This document shows positions 34,695-44,406 of a stretch of DNA of 64,000 bases, in pieces. The DNA is taken from the IMG/VR virus record IMGVR_UViG_2926558313_000004, positions 32,001-96,000 of that record; one strand, 5' to 3'. The translations under genes and the position numbers were made by a program. Below the pieces are notes generated by a model. The model saw only the letters and a program-made list of their open reading frames with translations. It did not search any database and was not told the DNA's origin. Within the stretch, counting starts at the first letter, position 1; the number at the start of each line of letters is the position of its first letter. This stretch comes from a virus (lineage: Duplodnaviria > Caudoviricetes).

Positions 34695-35498
34695 AAGAAA
34701 CAACTTTTCATACTTCCTTCTTTCGTATGTATCTTTGATTTCTTTGTTTACTCCGTTGATTGTTTCCCACATTCTGCTTTCTGTATCAATCCATAAAACA
34801 TAATCTTCGTTGTTTTTATAAGAACTAACTAATGTGATAACTACATTTAAATTATATACCGGCATTTTGATTCCTCCTAATAGTTATTTATTAACTATCT
34901 TAAGTTTATATCAAATGTAGTATAATGTCAATATATTTATTTAATTTATTTTATTTGCTGTTTAAAAAGCGTATTTTATTAAGATGAAGAGAAGGAGAAA
35001 CCAGCTTATTAGGCTGGTTAATTATCTAAGTAAATTGTTAATCTTTCTTTTAAATATGCCTTGTTTAAATCTAACCGTCTTGATAATTTCTGAATTCCTT
35101 CATCATTGAAAGTAAATCCATAGCCGTTAACATTTACGTATTCCTGCCATAATTTTCGACCTTCATGCCATAATTTTCTTTGTTCCATTGTCATATGTAG
35201 CAACCTCCAAATATTTTTTATTTGTTTTCTTACTTATTATATTACATGTTCATCTAACGAAATTCAAGTATTAATTTAATTTATTTTGTTTTAAAATCAC
35301 TGTTTTATCTTATTATTCTTGACAGAATTCTATATCATTTACATCTACAAAACACTCCCCTCCATCAAAGCGAACCAAAACTAAATCTTTTTCCCCTAAA
35401 TAGTTTACCTCTGTAATATAACCAATAATAGATGGATCACCTTTTCGTATTACTTTATCATGTAATTTAAATTTCATTATTTATCACTCCATTTTTTA

Positions 35499-35705
35499 TT
35501 ATTTAAATAGTGAAATAATCCCAACATATTCTAAAATCTCAACTTCCAGTACATTGAAATTTTCTCCATTTGGATTACAGAATTTATCATTTACAACTCT
35601 TTCAAAATGTTTAATACTTCCATTTTTCATTTCTACCTTAAATCTAATCTTACGTCCTTCAAATTCATCTTGTCGGCTGATAAATTCATCTATACTCATT
35701 ATCAT
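35499..35705 (-). CDS. Hypothetical protein, paralogue of 30828-31091
   Basis: Direct sequence similarity between the two ORFs. Confidence 0.8.
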   Translation of the reverse strand: MIMSIDEFISRQDEFEGRKIRFKVEMKNGSIKHFERVVNDKFCNPNGENFNVLEVEILEYVGIISLFK

Positions 35706-36484
35706 TGTAAATCACTCCTATTATTAATGATAAAACGATTGTTTTATATTAGTTGAAATTCATTATCTTTTAAGTACACTTTGCCATAATAATTTGCATC
35801 TAATTGAACTAAATAATATTCTTGATTATTATGTTTTTCTACTGCTTTGATTCGACCGTGACAACCTTCTAATAAATCACAAAATGAATTTTTTAATACT
35901 TTAATATTTTTATTTAACATAATTAACCACTCCATATTTTTAATTTTGTTTATTACATAAAACTAATGATTTATTTAACTATTTCCACTTCGTAACCTCT
36001 ATTTTCTACATAATCAATTTTCTTATCAATAGTCCATTTACCTGAATAGTAATCTTCATAATCTTTTTTGTAATACTCTTCGAAATCTGGGTCTTGTTTA
36101 TCATCCAACAAATGAATTTCACATAAGCTATCTAAAGTGTGATCTGTCCATTTATTCAATTGCATATCAAAAATTCTTATCATTTTACATTCCTCCGATT
36201 AATATTTTTAATTTCCTTACATTCAATAAAAAGTTATTCAGTTAATACAGCGAAAATGTTAAAATGCTGACTACTTTCATGCTTTATACTTACTAAAATT
36301 TTATCTTCTGCTTCCTGTAAGATTTCAACTATGCATTTTTCTTCGTGATCTGTGTCAAAGGCTGAAAAATACAGGTTTCCATTTTCAGTTTTTAGAAAGA
36401 TAACATTTTCAAAAGCGTATGAATTAAGGTAATTTATAATATCTTCGTTAGTGTAAGTATATGACATTTCTCACATCTCCCATT

Positions 36485-37153
36485 TCATAAGTTAAATTTT
36501 ATAATTAAATTATTTTTATTTAAACTATCTAAAATATCGCTTAAATACTGTTTATCAAAACTGCTATATTTTGACTGCTTTACAGTAAGCTGTTCGTTTT
36601 GTGTGAGTGTGCTATGTGTTAATGATTCATTTAGGTTGATCCATCCGTTCACGACAATTAGCTGATCAGATTCCATGATACGGTTGCTATAATATGTGCG
36701 TTTACGTTTAGGCTTATGGATGATTTTTAAAGTGTTTTCATATTGTGCATATGATTCAATAGCTGATGATTTTAAAGTGGTCTGAATAGCCACAGGGAAG
36801 CCGAAATCAGATAGTTTTATAATCGTTACCTTTTCCCCTTCGTGAGCGCTTAAAGCCTCTTGAACGGGTTGCAGCGGCGTTTCATTGATTACAGTATAGC
36901 CGTAACGTTTGCAAGCTGTCGCCAAGTGTAGAAGATTGGCGACTCCAATTGCTTCAATGAGTTTATTATTTAATTCAATTTTTTTGCTGGACATTTCGGA
37001 ATGGAAGAGCTTAATTGCTGCTTCTTGCTGATCGTTGCTAAGTTGTGGGAATGGAATACAGCCTAGAGTGAAAATTGATTCAGCGAAAAGATCAGATAGT
37101 AAATCAATTTGCTCGTATTGTGAAAGCTGGCTGAACGTTTGTGTTTTAATCAT
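36485..37153 (-). CDS. Hypothetical protein
   Basis: 222-aa ORF with RBS AAAGGAG. Confidence 0.7.
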   Translation of the reverse strand: MIKTQTFSQLSQYEQIDLLSDLFAESIFTLGCIPFPQLSNDQQEAAIKLFHSEMSSKKIELNNKLIEAIGVANLLHLATACKRYGYTVINETPLQPVQEALSAHEGEKVTIIKLSDFGFPVAIQTTLKSSAIESYAQYENTLKIIHKPKRKRTYYSNRIMESDQLIVVNGWINLNESLTHSTLTQNEQLTVKQSKYSSFDKQYLSDILDSLNKNNLIIKFNL

Positions 37154-37448
37154 TTTTATTAGCTCCTTTTAATTTAATTGAATTTATTACGTGCTGAATT
37201 TTTTAAGTGCGATAACCTTACCTTCTTTGATTGATACGAAAGCGAAAGGTATCCTCTTTAATAACAAAAACCTAAATATTTTAATTGATTATTTTCTTTT
37301 AGTTTATCTAAGTAGGTAATTTTCATTTTTTATACCCCTCTCCATTAACTTATCTTACTTATAATATTATATCGAAAGTAGTATAAAGTCAATAAAAAGA
37401 TTAAAAATAATTTAATTTATTTTATATATGTATAGCCGTTTCTTACGG

Positions 37449-37631
37449 CTATTTATTGCTTTTACTCACTGTCTTTGTGAAGTTGAAAAGTGTTAAAGCT
37501 GCTGCAATGATTATGAGAATGTCAACTATATAAACAAAGGCTGTTGTTGCGTCATAGGATAAGCGGAACAAAAGATATAGGGCAGCGAAGATAAGGAAGC
37601 CATAATCTAAATATTTACGCATAGTTTGCAT
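37449..37631 (-). CDS. Small two-TM membrane protein (YoyJ-like position)
   Basis: Two hydrophobic helices; directly downstream of the YonT-like toxin. Confidence 0.6.
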   Translation of the reverse strand: MQTMRKYLDYGFLIFAALYLLFRLSYDATTAFVYIVDILIIIAAALTLFNFTKTVSKSNK

Positions 37632-37760
37632 TTATTATTAGAATGTGATATATAATGAAGTGTAAAGGTTGGTAAGGATAAGGGAATCTTACTGACTTCC
37701 CCTACCCTTTTACTGCTAAGAGTTATCATTCATTCGTTTTCCTCTTGTTCGGCGTGTGCG
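37626..37760 (+). ncRNA. Putative antisense antitoxin RNA (SR6-like)
   Basis: Plus-strand TTGCAT-N17-TATATAAT promoter at about 37626-37656 reading into the toxin 3' end; hairpin-rich sequence. End approximate. Confidence 0.45.
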
Positions 37761-37937
37761 ACGCTTACGTTCAGGAATTATGCGAATGGTGATGACTCTT
37801 TTTTGTGGTTTTGGCTTTTTGTATCGCTTAGTAAGTATGTGTAGTTTGTCTATGATGTTAAGTACCGATAGTAGCAAGCCTATCCACAATACTAGCTCAA
37901 CCTTTACAACTTCCGTCATATTCACATTCTTATTCAC
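37716..37937 (-). CDS. YonT-like type I toxin
   Basis: N-terminal TM helix, LNIIDK, then an Arg/Lys-rich tail, as in SPbeta YonT. Confidence 0.65.
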   Translation of the reverse strand: MNKNVNMTEVVKVELVLWIGLLLSVLNIIDKLHILTKRYKKPKPQKRVITIRIIPERKRRTRRTRGKRMNDNS

Positions 37938-38016
37938 CTCCTTTTATTTGATAAATTAATTATATCATATGCAGTATATATTTGTATATGTTTATTTTTA
38001 TTTTGTTTAATTATTT

Positions 38017-38646
38017 TTATGCGATGTCCCCTTTTATTTTTATAGCCAAATAACCTTTGTTGTTTATATATTGGCTTTTTGCTCCTTTATTAAAAGTGAA
38101 TATTAGATTGCCTTCGCTGTCTGTTTCTACATTGTGAGACATAGCACCGACTTTGATTATATAGTGATTGTCGGCAATTTTATGAGTATACATATCATTA
38201 TTAATTGATAAGTCAATTTTATTATATTTGTTTGTATTGGCTAACATTGTGACTGCTTTATTTTTTGCATATTCAAGTGTATCAGCTTCGGAAAGGTTTT
38301 CTCTTCCTGAAATACGAAAGCCAGCACGATATAAGGCTTTTACTTCTTTTTTATTGTGCGTTTTAATGTAGGTTTTTTTATTGGATATAGATGAAACGAT
38401 AGAATGCGTTAGTTCGTGAGTGGTTAAGTCTAAATAGTTTGCCCATGTAATAGAATACATTTTTAAATGTTCATTGTAAATGTAGGTTATGTCATGGGTA
38501 AATGCGCTGGGATTTTTAGAGTAGATTAATTTTATTAGTTCCTCTCGTTCCAGTTGTGTGTATCTTCTTAGATGGAGGCTTCTTGCTATTGATTGCAATT
38601 CGGTAAGCATTTTCGAGTTTAATTGGGATAAAGTATATTGTAACAA
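38017..38646 (-). CDS. Protein with a Rho N-terminal (Rho_N)-like helical domain
   Basis: LNSKMLTELQSIARSLHLRRYTQLEREELIKLI. Confidence 0.65.
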   Translation of the reverse strand: MLQYTLSQLNSKMLTELQSIARSLHLRRYTQLEREELIKLIYSKNPSAFTHDITYIYNEHLKMYSITWANYLDLTTHELTHSIVSSISNKKTYIKTHNKKEVKALYRAGFRISGRENLSEADTLEYAKNKAVTMLANTNKYNKIDLSINNDMYTHKIADNHYIIKVGAMSHNVETDSEGNLIFTFNKGAKSQYINNKGYLAIKIKGDIA

Positions 38647-38839
38647 TTTATTACCTCCTATTTATAATACGTTTATAATATTATATTCACTTTATATTAT
38701 ATAGTAAGATTAAAAGAAGGTAAAGAATTATTTTAATTTTAATTTTATTGAATTTATTTATGAAGTTTCTTGGACAACCTCCCAGCCTGCTAACTGGGAA
38801 CGCTCTGCGCTTAATGCGGTTTATAGTCGCACAGACGAC

Positions 38840-38992
38840 TTATTTATTACAATTGCAATCTTTAACGTGTGAAACAAGACTATAGGCTTCTTTGCATTTT
38901 TCGCATTCTTTGTAATAGCGGCTTAAATGTTCCATTTCATGTGATGATAAGCCTTGTTTAACCCATTCTGCGCGTAGTTTTTTCATACTCAT
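38840..38992 (-). CDS. 50-aa Cys-rich protein not in the ORF track
   Basis: MSMKKLRAEW...CEKC...HVKDCNC; RBS AAGGAG. Confidence 0.6.
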   Translation of the reverse strand: MSMKKLRAEWVKQGLSSHEMEHLSRYYKECEKCKEAYSLVSHVKDCNCNK

Positions 38993-39415
38993 ATCTGACA
39001 ACTCCTTATCATAAATTTTATTTATTTTATTAATTCAATATTCATACTGACTAACAATTGTTCAATATCTGACATAATATCAGATGAAATATTGACAGTA
39101 GTATTATATTCAAACTCGTAATTTTCTACTGCTGAATTAACTAGTTCTTTTATTTCTTTGATGGTGTATGAAGGTTGATTTTCATTAAGTAAAGCTGTTT
39201 CGATTAAGTTTAGGGTAAATTCCTTAAATGTGATTGACATTGTATGCAACCTCTTTTCTAAAAATAGTATGTTGTTGTTACTTATAATATTATACTATAA
39301 GTAGTATATTGTCAATATATAATTTAATTTATTTTGTTTATTTGAGAAAAAAATTTGAACACATTTCCCATAATAAGTAATAGTCTATATAAGAAGATAT
39401 GTTCAAATTTTTAAT

Positions 39416-40549
39416 TTAATTATATTTGTTAAAATCATTAGGTAGCTGTTTTGCTTTACTGTCAATAAGTATATTATTTAATTTTCTAGTATTATTTATA
39501 TAATCTTCCTTCATTCTCATTTTCATTTTATCGCTATTAGTATTGGCTTTTTTATGCCTTGATAAACTGTTTTCATTAATTCTATTCTTTATACCCTTAT
39601 TAACTGTTTGAAATGAATACTCTTTCTCCTTTGAATCTAATTTGAAGCTATTTAATTCTTTCCACTTATTGGTAATATATTTATTATTTGCAACTATTTC
39701 ATAAGACTTAAAGTAACGATAGATATTGAATTTATCAAATAAAATTGAATTAACCTCTCTGTAAAATTGATCTTGTATTCCTCTAATAAAAATATCTCTT
39801 TCACTATTGCAATTATATTTTAAGGCTACTTCCTTTTCAATTAGTTTGATATTCTCCCTTTCTTCTTCTGTTGCCTTTCTTATATATGTATTTGTTTTTA
39901 CGTTAGACCCTTTGAAGGTTTGCGTTTCTTCTCCATACTCATTAACGTTTATTAGTTGTTCAGCTTTTATCTGATTATATTCATTATATTTAGCTTCTGT
40001 ATCTATAAGGCATACTGTCGTTGTTTTAGTCCAATCAATTAAAAATTGTGATTCCAAACTATTTAAGGCAGATTCTATATTTCTTTTGAGTAAGTCGTCA
40101 GATGTTGAGTAGAAATCTTTTATTTCATCTAATGATATGTCGAGATGTTTGGATAGTCTTAATTGTTTATATTTAGCTTTTATATAATTTTGATTTATCA
40201 TCCTTAATTCTTGAAGAAGGTTATTTCTTGTGATAAATAAGTAACCATTATTACTATTGTGAATGATTTTGTCTAAGATTAACCTTTGAATAGTTGATAT
40301 ATATTTAGTTTTATTATTATTGGCTGGAAGCGGTATTTTATATATGTGAGTTATAATGAAAGAATGCCCTTTTTTAGTATATTTAAAATAGCGTTCTAAT
40401 TCTTTAAGTTGAGCCTTTTTTGAATTTCCTGCTTCAATTGGAATGGATAAGGCTTCACAAAGGTGCTTATAATTTTTAAATGTATCACCTTCTTTTATGT
40501 GTGATGTGGAAATGATGGGATTAGGTGGTTCAATTGGATTAGTTGACAT
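39416..40549 (-). CDS. Basic DNA-binding-type hypothetical protein, possibly replication or packaging related
   Basis: FKNYKHLCEAL...GNSKKAQLKELERYF; RBS AAAGGAGG; flanked by an inverted repeat and DnaA boxes. Function inferred only. Confidence 0.5.
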   Translation of the reverse strand: MSTNPIEPPNPIISTSHIKEGDTFKNYKHLCEALSIPIEAGNSKKAQLKELERYFKYTKKGHSFIITHIYKIPLPANNNKTKYISTIQRLILDKIIHNSNNGYLFITRNNLLQELRMINQNYIKAKYKQLRLSKHLDISLDEIKDFYSTSDDLLKRNIESALNSLESQFLIDWTKTTTVCLIDTEAKYNEYNQIKAEQLINVNEYGEETQTFKGSNVKTNTYIRKATEEERENIKLIEKEVALKYNCNSERDIFIRGIQDQFYREVNSILFDKFNIYRYFKSYEIVANNKYITNKWKELNSFKLDSKEKEYSFQTVNKGIKNRINENSLSRHKKANTNSDKMKMRMKEDYINNTRKLNNILIDSKAKQLPNDFNKYN

Positions 40550-40738
40550 TTATATGAAATTCCTCCTTTTAGTTTTAGCTAGTGGAAAGATGTGGGTAGT
40601 TAGTTGATAAATAAAATTAAAATAAATAATATGGATCAATATACATTATACTATAATTTCGGATAATTGTAAATATGATTGACTTGTGAAAAATATAATA
40701 AATTAAATGAATTAGATGGGAAGTTATTAACATTAGTG

Positions 40739-40756
40739 TGTGGATAAAGTGGATAA
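40739..40756 (-). promoter_or_regulatory. Two tandem DnaA boxes
   Basis: TGTGGATAA (perfect reverse complement of TTATCCACA) followed by AGTGGATAA (8/9). Confidence 0.6.
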
Positions 40757-41565
40757 GTCGAAGGAAAGGTAAGTGTGTATATCGTATATATACAATATGA
40801 ACACTTAAAGAATTGCCGCCCTGTTATTCTGTTCGATATTATAAAACAATTGTTTCAGCGGTGGTCTATGTGGTATTGGCTGGCACGGTTTCATATTGGA
40901 TATAAGTGGAATACTAGACTAGGATATAATTGGAAATACAATAGATTAAAACTGAATATAATAATTGAATGCTTCAAAGTGGGATATAACACATATTATA
41001 TCCTTATTTTACGCTGTTTTTTGGCTATATTTTAACAAAGGAGGGGGCTAATAAACATCCAAAAAACTACCATAATTTCCATATTTTGCTAGAACACATC
41101 CACTCCTCCACTCACTCAATTTTTAAACTCGACTCCCCTCACACTCCCTACCTCACAATTTCACCTGAATCTACACTCGAACTCACATCGAAATTTCCCC
41201 TTCATCTCGCCATTTTTACTCACTCAATTTTCCTCATTTTCACTCAATTTTGTCTCTAATCACCCTACAACCCCTACTACATCAACTCTTTTCGATATTC
41301 TCACCTGTCTAATCACCTTATAACCCTTATCCCATCTATGTTTTCACCCCTTAATCCCCACTTTTTCGATCACACTTTTCTGCTCTCCCAATTATTCATT
41401 AAATTATATGTATCACCTTCAATTTATTCCTTCATAATCACTTAATTCACCACTTCCACTAAAATACTCTGACACTTTTCGATACAGCGAAAGGACATTG
41501 ATGTAATATTCTAAAAGTGTTAGCTAATCCTTTCGCTAATTTTTTAAATATGGTACTATAAATCT

Positions 41566-41714
41566 AGTTACAAAATGTAACATTCGGTTACTTTAGTTTA
41601 CTTACGCTTTCTAGCGTTCAGAAACACCTTCAGTTTTGATCGCATGTGCCACCATAACATCAAAACTGACCCGTAGCTTATTAGTTTAGTTAAAAACTGG
41701 TAAGCTACTTTTTT
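41566..41714 (+). ncRNA. Putative type I antitoxin sRNA
   Basis: TG-extended -10 TACTAT at 41554-41559; internal stem CAGTTTTGAT...ATCAAAACTG; terminator GTAGCTTA...TAAGCTAC-T6 overlapping the toxin stop. Confidence 0.6.
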
Positions 41715-41800
41715 GTCATTTTCAAAACAAGATTCAAGAGTCCAATCATAAACAAGCCTCCTGTAAACAATAATGTAAGCAATGACATTGTATCTCCCAT
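41705..41800 (-). CDS. 31-aa hydrophobic type I toxin (BsrG/holin-like toxin class)
   Basis: MGDTMSLLTLLFTGGLFMIGLLNLVLKMTKK; RBS AAAGGGGTGA; convergent sRNA. Confidence 0.75.
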   Translation of the reverse strand: MGDTMSLLTLLFTGGLFMIGLLNLVLKMTKK

Positions 41801-42332
41801 AGCCTCACCCCTTTCTCTTATTTTCATGGGTAAGCTTACCACATAATTCTACCCTTATTCAATATTTTGTACTCCCTTTTTTTTGAATCACACTATATAT
41901 AGTAATCTTTTTGATTCAGGCGTAAAAAGTCAACTATGAAAAGATGTAAAAAATGAAGTATTAACGAGTTTCCCATAGAATTTCATCTATTTACCCACTT
42001 ATTTGAATCGTTCTCTAATTTGTTAAATTAATCAGTACACTTCACACCTTACCATATAAAGGATTCACATATCTCTTAAAATCCTTGACTATATTTTTTC
42101 TTGGTGTATATTATTCTGTTTCTCTTTCACAATCAATTCTACCCAGAATTATATGTCTCAACTCCTTTATAATTTTACTCAAGACTCCTTCCGAATAGTT
42201 TTACCCTCACCACTCTTTAAATTTCTAAATCATGTTAATTTAACATAATCTACAGAAAGAGGGGGGTTATTTTACACCAAAATAAAAATGGATAGTATAA
42301 TCACTACCCATTCCATAAATTATTCTCTACAT

Positions 42333-44105
42333 TTACCTACTATACTCCATAATAAAGCGATTATTTTCACCAATCTGACTTAGATATAAGCAATCCTTAG
42401 CTCTTGTTACTGCCACATAAAATAATCTCGCCTCTTCGACTAAATCACTTTTGCTATGTGGAAACTTGCTATCCTCTACTCCAATAACAAATGTATGTTT
42501 GAATTCCAATCCCTTGCTGCTATGTACTGACATCATTTTCACACATTTTTCTTTTACCTTTTTCTTCTCTTCGCTCATATATACATAATCAATGAACGAC
42601 TCAAGAGTGTTGCTCTTAATAAACGATTTCAAGGTATTCAATGAATCAATTCTCTCCTTGACTTCCTCTTCACTTGGATACTTATCTTGAATAAAGGCAA
42701 TAAATTGAAATGACTTAATAATATTATCAATTAATTTTTCCAATGGAACATTCTTTGATTTTTGCAAGATTAGCTTATTCATGATTTCACCAAACTCTCT
42801 TGCGCTTCTATTTTGGAAGTCTTTTGGAAAACGGAAATTAATAAATGACTCATATAAAGATTGATTATTTGCTCCGGCATTTACTTTAATGCTATTGAGT
42901 AATTGATTACTCATGTATTTTAATGGCTTAGTCTTAATCTTATAAATTGTCTCAAAAGCATTATCATCATGTGGATCTTGAATTAATCTAAGATATGACA
43001 TAATCCCAACGATCTCTTTACGTTTAAAGAAGCTGCTCTTATTTGAGATATCATAAGGAATATCCCTTCTTTTTAACTCTCCTTCTACATATCCAGAATG
43101 AGAATTTACTCTATACAAGATTCCAATCTCTTGAGGCTCCACACCATCTCTTAATAATTGTTCTACTTTATCACAAACATCAAAGGCTTCTTCTTCTCTG
43201 CTCCCATAAGTCAAAATGGAAATTTGTCCTTCATCACTTCTAAATGCCTCTGCATCTTTATAGTGTTTATAATCCTTACAATACTCTCGGATAAACTGAT
43301 TCGCTCTTTCAACAATTGCTTGAGAGGATCGATAATTTGTGAACAAGTTTATTGTCTTAGCATTTTGCCAATCTTTCTCAAAATTCATGCAGTATTCGGG
43401 GTTTCCCCCACGAAATTTATAGATCGCTTGATTTGGATCAAATACACAATAAATGTTGCCTGACTTACATAATTCCTTCAAGAGAAGGTTTTGTACTAAA
43501 TTAGAGTCCTGATGTTCATCGACTAATACAAAGTCATATGTATATTTACCACTTAATTTTTTGAGTAAGTCATAGCACATAATTAAGTAATCATCGAAAT
43601 CATATTTATTGTGCTTCTTTTTGTATTCCTCATAATTTTTATAGAAAGACCGTAATTTATCTTCTGGGTAATCACTCTCCTTAAATACAAATTCATCTTT
43701 CTCACTTCTCATGTAGCATTTTTGATAAGAAATGTAGCTTGCAATATCTTCATAGTTACATTCAGAATCAATAGCTCTATGACAATTCTCAATTTCATAT
43801 GGCTTAATTAGGTTGGAGCTTAGATTATATCCTTCATTAGAAAGAATCTTCCCACAAATGGAATGGAATGTACCAACATTAACGTCTCTAAACCCCATTT
43901 TATTTAATTTTGCTTTTAATTCATCTGCAGTATTACGTGTAAAGCTAATTGATAAGATTTCTTTCTGATCAACCTTATGATTATCAATCAGATTTTTAAT
44001 CCTATTTATCAATACTGTAGTTTTCCCTGATCCTGCCCCAGCTACAATTCCATATGCGCCTTCGTAAACATTGATTGCTTCAATTTGCTGTTCATTAAAA
44101 TTCAA
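42333..44105 (-). CDS. UvrD/PcrA/Rep-family SF1A helicase
   Basis: AGAGSGKT, VDEHQD, NYRS, HSSKGLEF, YVAVTRAK. Confidence 0.95.
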   Translation of the reverse strand: MNFNEQQIEAINVYEGAYGIVAGAGSGKTTVLINRIKNLIDNHKVDQKEILSISFTRNTADELKAKLNKMGFRDVNVGTFHSICGKILSNEGYNLSSNLIKPYEIENCHRAIDSECNYEDIASYISYQKCYMRSEKDEFVFKESDYPEDKLRSFYKNYEEYKKKHNKYDFDDYLIMCYDLLKKLSGKYTYDFVLVDEHQDSNLVQNLLLKELCKSGNIYCVFDPNQAIYKFRGGNPEYCMNFEKDWQNAKTINLFTNYRSSQAIVERANQFIREYCKDYKHYKDAEAFRSDEGQISILTYGSREEEAFDVCDKVEQLLRDGVEPQEIGILYRVNSHSGYVEGELKRRDIPYDISNKSSFFKRKEIVGIMSYLRLIQDPHDDNAFETIYKIKTKPLKYMSNQLLNSIKVNAGANNQSLYESFINFRFPKDFQNRSAREFGEIMNKLILQKSKNVPLEKLIDNIIKSFQFIAFIQDKYPSEEEVKERIDSLNTLKSFIKSNTLESFIDYVYMSEEKKKVKEKCVKMMSVHSSKGLEFKHTFVIGVEDSKFPHSKSDLVEEARLFYVAVTRAKDCLYLSQIGENNRFIMEYSR

Positions 44106-44159
44106 ATTATTATCTCCTTTATTTAATTTAATTTATTTTTAAGCTGTTGTTTTTTGAAA

Positions 44160-44400
44160 TTGGTCAAGCGTTAGCGCGACCAATTTAGAATGTATATATC
44201 TCTTGTATCTATTACTTGTATATATTATCTGTATCTATATATATTAAAACCTCTTTTTAGATCGCAATTTATACCGTATTAATTGATACGCAACCTAGTA
44301 ACTTTTGATTTTCATCTGGTACTATTTGATTCGTATCTGGTACTTTTTGAACACTATCTGGTATAAATTGCGATACGCTGATTTATAAGGCTTCTTGAGC
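44160..44400. repeat. Putative replication origin: 21-bp iterons, 15-bp inverted repeat, AT-rich tract
   Basis: ATCTGGTA at 44314, 44335, 44356 (degenerate copy at 44293); ATCGCAATTTATACC (44261-44275) inverted at 44360-44374; TATA-rich 44194-44245; hairpin 44160-44183. Confidence 0.7.
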
Positions 44401-44406
44401 CATATT

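Larger units (their letters stand above)
17133..39249 (-). other. Array of about 55 mostly small co-oriented hypothetical genes (early/accessory region II)
   Basis: Dense minus-strand ORFs with RBSs, repeated promoters and junction motifs. Confidence 0.8.
29745..39315 (-). promoter_or_regulatory. Seven repeated sigma-A promoters, each containing an 18-bp palindromic operator (plus an eighth operator)
   Basis: TTGAC(A/T)-N17-TAxxxT at 29745-29773, 31365-31393, 34214-34242, 34580-34608, 34903-34931, 37364-37392, 39287-39315; operator TATAYYA-N4-TRRTATA; extra operator 37961-37978. Confidence 0.85.

Noticed and set aside
40775-41035. 86-aa plus-strand ORF in the skewed region
   Set aside because: Odd composition, weak start context, and located in an apparent cis-acting region.
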